A DNA stretch of 63,976 bases, filler included, from Octopus bimaculoides (lineage: Eukaryota): the NCBI RefSeq assembly GCF_001194135.2. It is 7 parts of 6 records of this genome, joined end to end, with 100 filler letters (N's around TTAATTAATTAA, not from the genome) between each part and the next. Parts side by side here need not be neighbours in the genome. Positions count along the whole stretch, not along the records: positions 61,581 to 62,727 come from NC_068988.1; positions 62,828 to 63,976 come from NC_069002.1; 5 more parts are not named here. The stretch is one strand, 5' to 3'. The position numbers and the translations under genes are program-made. Each line of letters starts with the position of its first letter. Position 1 is the first letter of the stretch. Under the pieces are notes generated by a model. It saw only the letters and a list, made by a program, of their open reading frames with translations. It made no database searches and was not told where the DNA came from. This document shows, piece by piece, positions 62,082 through 63,976 of this stretch.

Positions 62082-62321
62082 TTATGTATATATATGTGTA
62101 TATATATATGTATATATATGCATATATATATATAGCTATACATATACACATATTCATGTGTTTATCTGCATTCATACATCCGAACACATAACCGTCTATA
62201 TACAATATACATATATACATGCATTCATACATACATCTATTTATATATATATATACATGTATACACACATTCATACCTATATATACATATGTATATATAT
62301 ATGTATATATATATATTTATA

Positions 62322-62355
<34 letters not shown>

Positions 62356-62472
62356 CATATGTGTGTGTGTGTGTGTGTGTGTATATGTATATATATATAA
62401 TTAGATAATGTTTAATATAACAATATATACAAACGGGCTAGATTTGAAGTGCTCAGCATGAGCTAGAATTCT

Positions 62473-62678
62473 AATTATGTTAAGAATGGATACATCCGGG
62501 TGGAAGACCACAGGAACAATACCGTATATCCAACGCAAGATTTACTATATATGAATGATTTAATATACATAGAATGATTTGAACACACACACACACACAT
62601 ATATTTTCAATCTTGCGTTGGATATATGGTATTGTTCCTGTGGTCTTCCACCCGGAAGTATCCATTCTTACCATAATT
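62473..62678. mobile_element. Fold-back / MITE-like element with 70-bp arms (67 of 70 identical)
   Basis: 62473-62542 is inverted at 62609-62678 around a 66-bp spacer. Confidence 0.85.
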
Positions 62679-62680
62679 TG

Positions 62681-62727
<47 letters not shown>

Positions 62728-62827
62728 NNNNNNNNNNNNNNNNNNNNNNNNNNNNNNNNNNNNNNNNNNNNTTAATTAATTAANNNNNNNNNNNNNNNNN
62801 NNNNNNNNNNNNNNNNNNNNNNNNNNN

Positions 62828-63045
62828 TGTATATTTGTGTATGAGTGTGTTTGTCTCCCCAACATCACTTGACAACCGATGCTGGTGTGTTTACGTCCCC
62901 ATAACTTAGCGGTTCGGCCAAAGAGACCGATAAAATAAGTAATAGGGTTACAAAGAATGAGTCCTGGGTTCTATTCGCTCGACAGAAGGCAGTGCTCTAG
63001 CATGGCCGCAGTCAAATGACTGAAACTTATAAATGAATAATAAAA
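62828..63045 (+). mobile_element. SINE type A tail
   Basis: CTTGACAACCGATGCTGGTGTGTTTACGTCCCC..GCATGGCCGCAGTCAAATGACTGAAAC. Confidence 0.9.
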
Positions 63046-63495
63046 GAATACATAGATACATTTTGTCCCACCCGGGAGCATGCTACAAGTTTATGATGTG
63101 TCTAAACGAATGAATGTCTTGTATAAGAATATACATAATATACGAATGCATTTGCTTTCGAGGAAGTCAAAAGGAAGACAACAACAACAGCAACGACAAC
63201 AGATGGAGAAGATGTTGGATATGAACATGAAAAAATGTAACTAAAGCCTTAATGAGGAGATATTCAAATGTAAGTCATTGTATATAATGTGTGGAATATT
63301 AAGATACGACGCCATAAATCTACACCAGACACAGTAGAAGTATGAGGAGATGCCTTCAGGGGACGAAACTGAAATATTCACTCATAGGAAATACTTATAC
63401 AGCTAATCATTAAGAAAGATACTACTACACAAATGTAGATCGATCGATCGATAGAGAGAGAGAGAGATATATACACACACAAACACAGATATCCG

Positions 63496-63535
<40 letters not shown>

Positions 63536-63797
63536 TGTGCATAATTGTATCCCTCTCACTCTCCCTCTCTTTGTCTCTCTCTCTCTGTCGCTCTTTGTCT
63601 ATCTATGTATCTACCTCCCTCTCTTTCTCTCTCTCTCTCTCTCTCTATGTGTGTGTATGTGTGTGTGAGAGAGGATGAGAGAGAGAGAGAGAGAGTCTAA
63701 TAACCAATATGTACAAAGAAAATAATGTCTTTATTTTAGATCATACCATAAAAAATCCAACAATTGTTTCCCTTGCATTAACATATACATACATATA

Positions 63798-63976
63798 GGC
63801 GTAGGAGTGGCTGTCTGGTAAGTAGCTTGCTTACCGATCACATGGTCCCGGGTTCAGTCCCACTGGGTGGCATCTTGGGCAAGTGTCTTCTACTATAGCC
63901 TCGGGCCGACCAAAGCCTTGTGAGTGGATTTGGTAGACGGAAACTGAAAGAAGCCCGTCGTATATATGTATATATA
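63798..63976 (+). mobile_element. SINE type A head (runs off the window)
   Basis: GGCGTAGGAGTGGCTG..GGGTTCAGTCCCACT..TTGGGCAAGTGTCTTCTACTATAGCCTCGGGCCGACC..GAAACTGAAAGAAGCCCGTCG. Confidence 0.9.

Overview
This is eukaryotic, AT-rich, microsatellite-saturated draft-assembly DNA with many N gaps. The SINE families look like those of octopus (inferred from remembered repeat sequences, not from a search). No intact protein-coding gene, rRNA, functional tRNA or CRISPR array is supported, and most ORFs in the supplied track are artefacts of microsatellites or N runs. The window is largely decayed mobile elements. These include a near full-length R4/Dong-type non-LTR retrotransposon inserted in (TAA)n, six further restriction-like-endonuclease (R4 and HERO-like) fragments, RTE LINE fragments, and several mariner/maT remnants. 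There are also a Sola-like transposase remnant, hAT and Tc1/mariner MITEs, fold-back elements, a probable solo LTR and many SINE copies of four recurring types (labelled A, B, D and F here). The most interesting signal is a set of type I hammerhead ribozyme motifs in at least four unrelated sequence contexts. One has an intact core (58943-58990). They have the loop-less palindromic stem III typical of Penelope-associated or retrozyme dimeric hammerheads, and they sit in short elements next to (TA)n or (TAA)n tracts. SINE and remnant boundaries are approximate. Hairpin, TIR, TSD and ribozyme coordinates were counted by hand.
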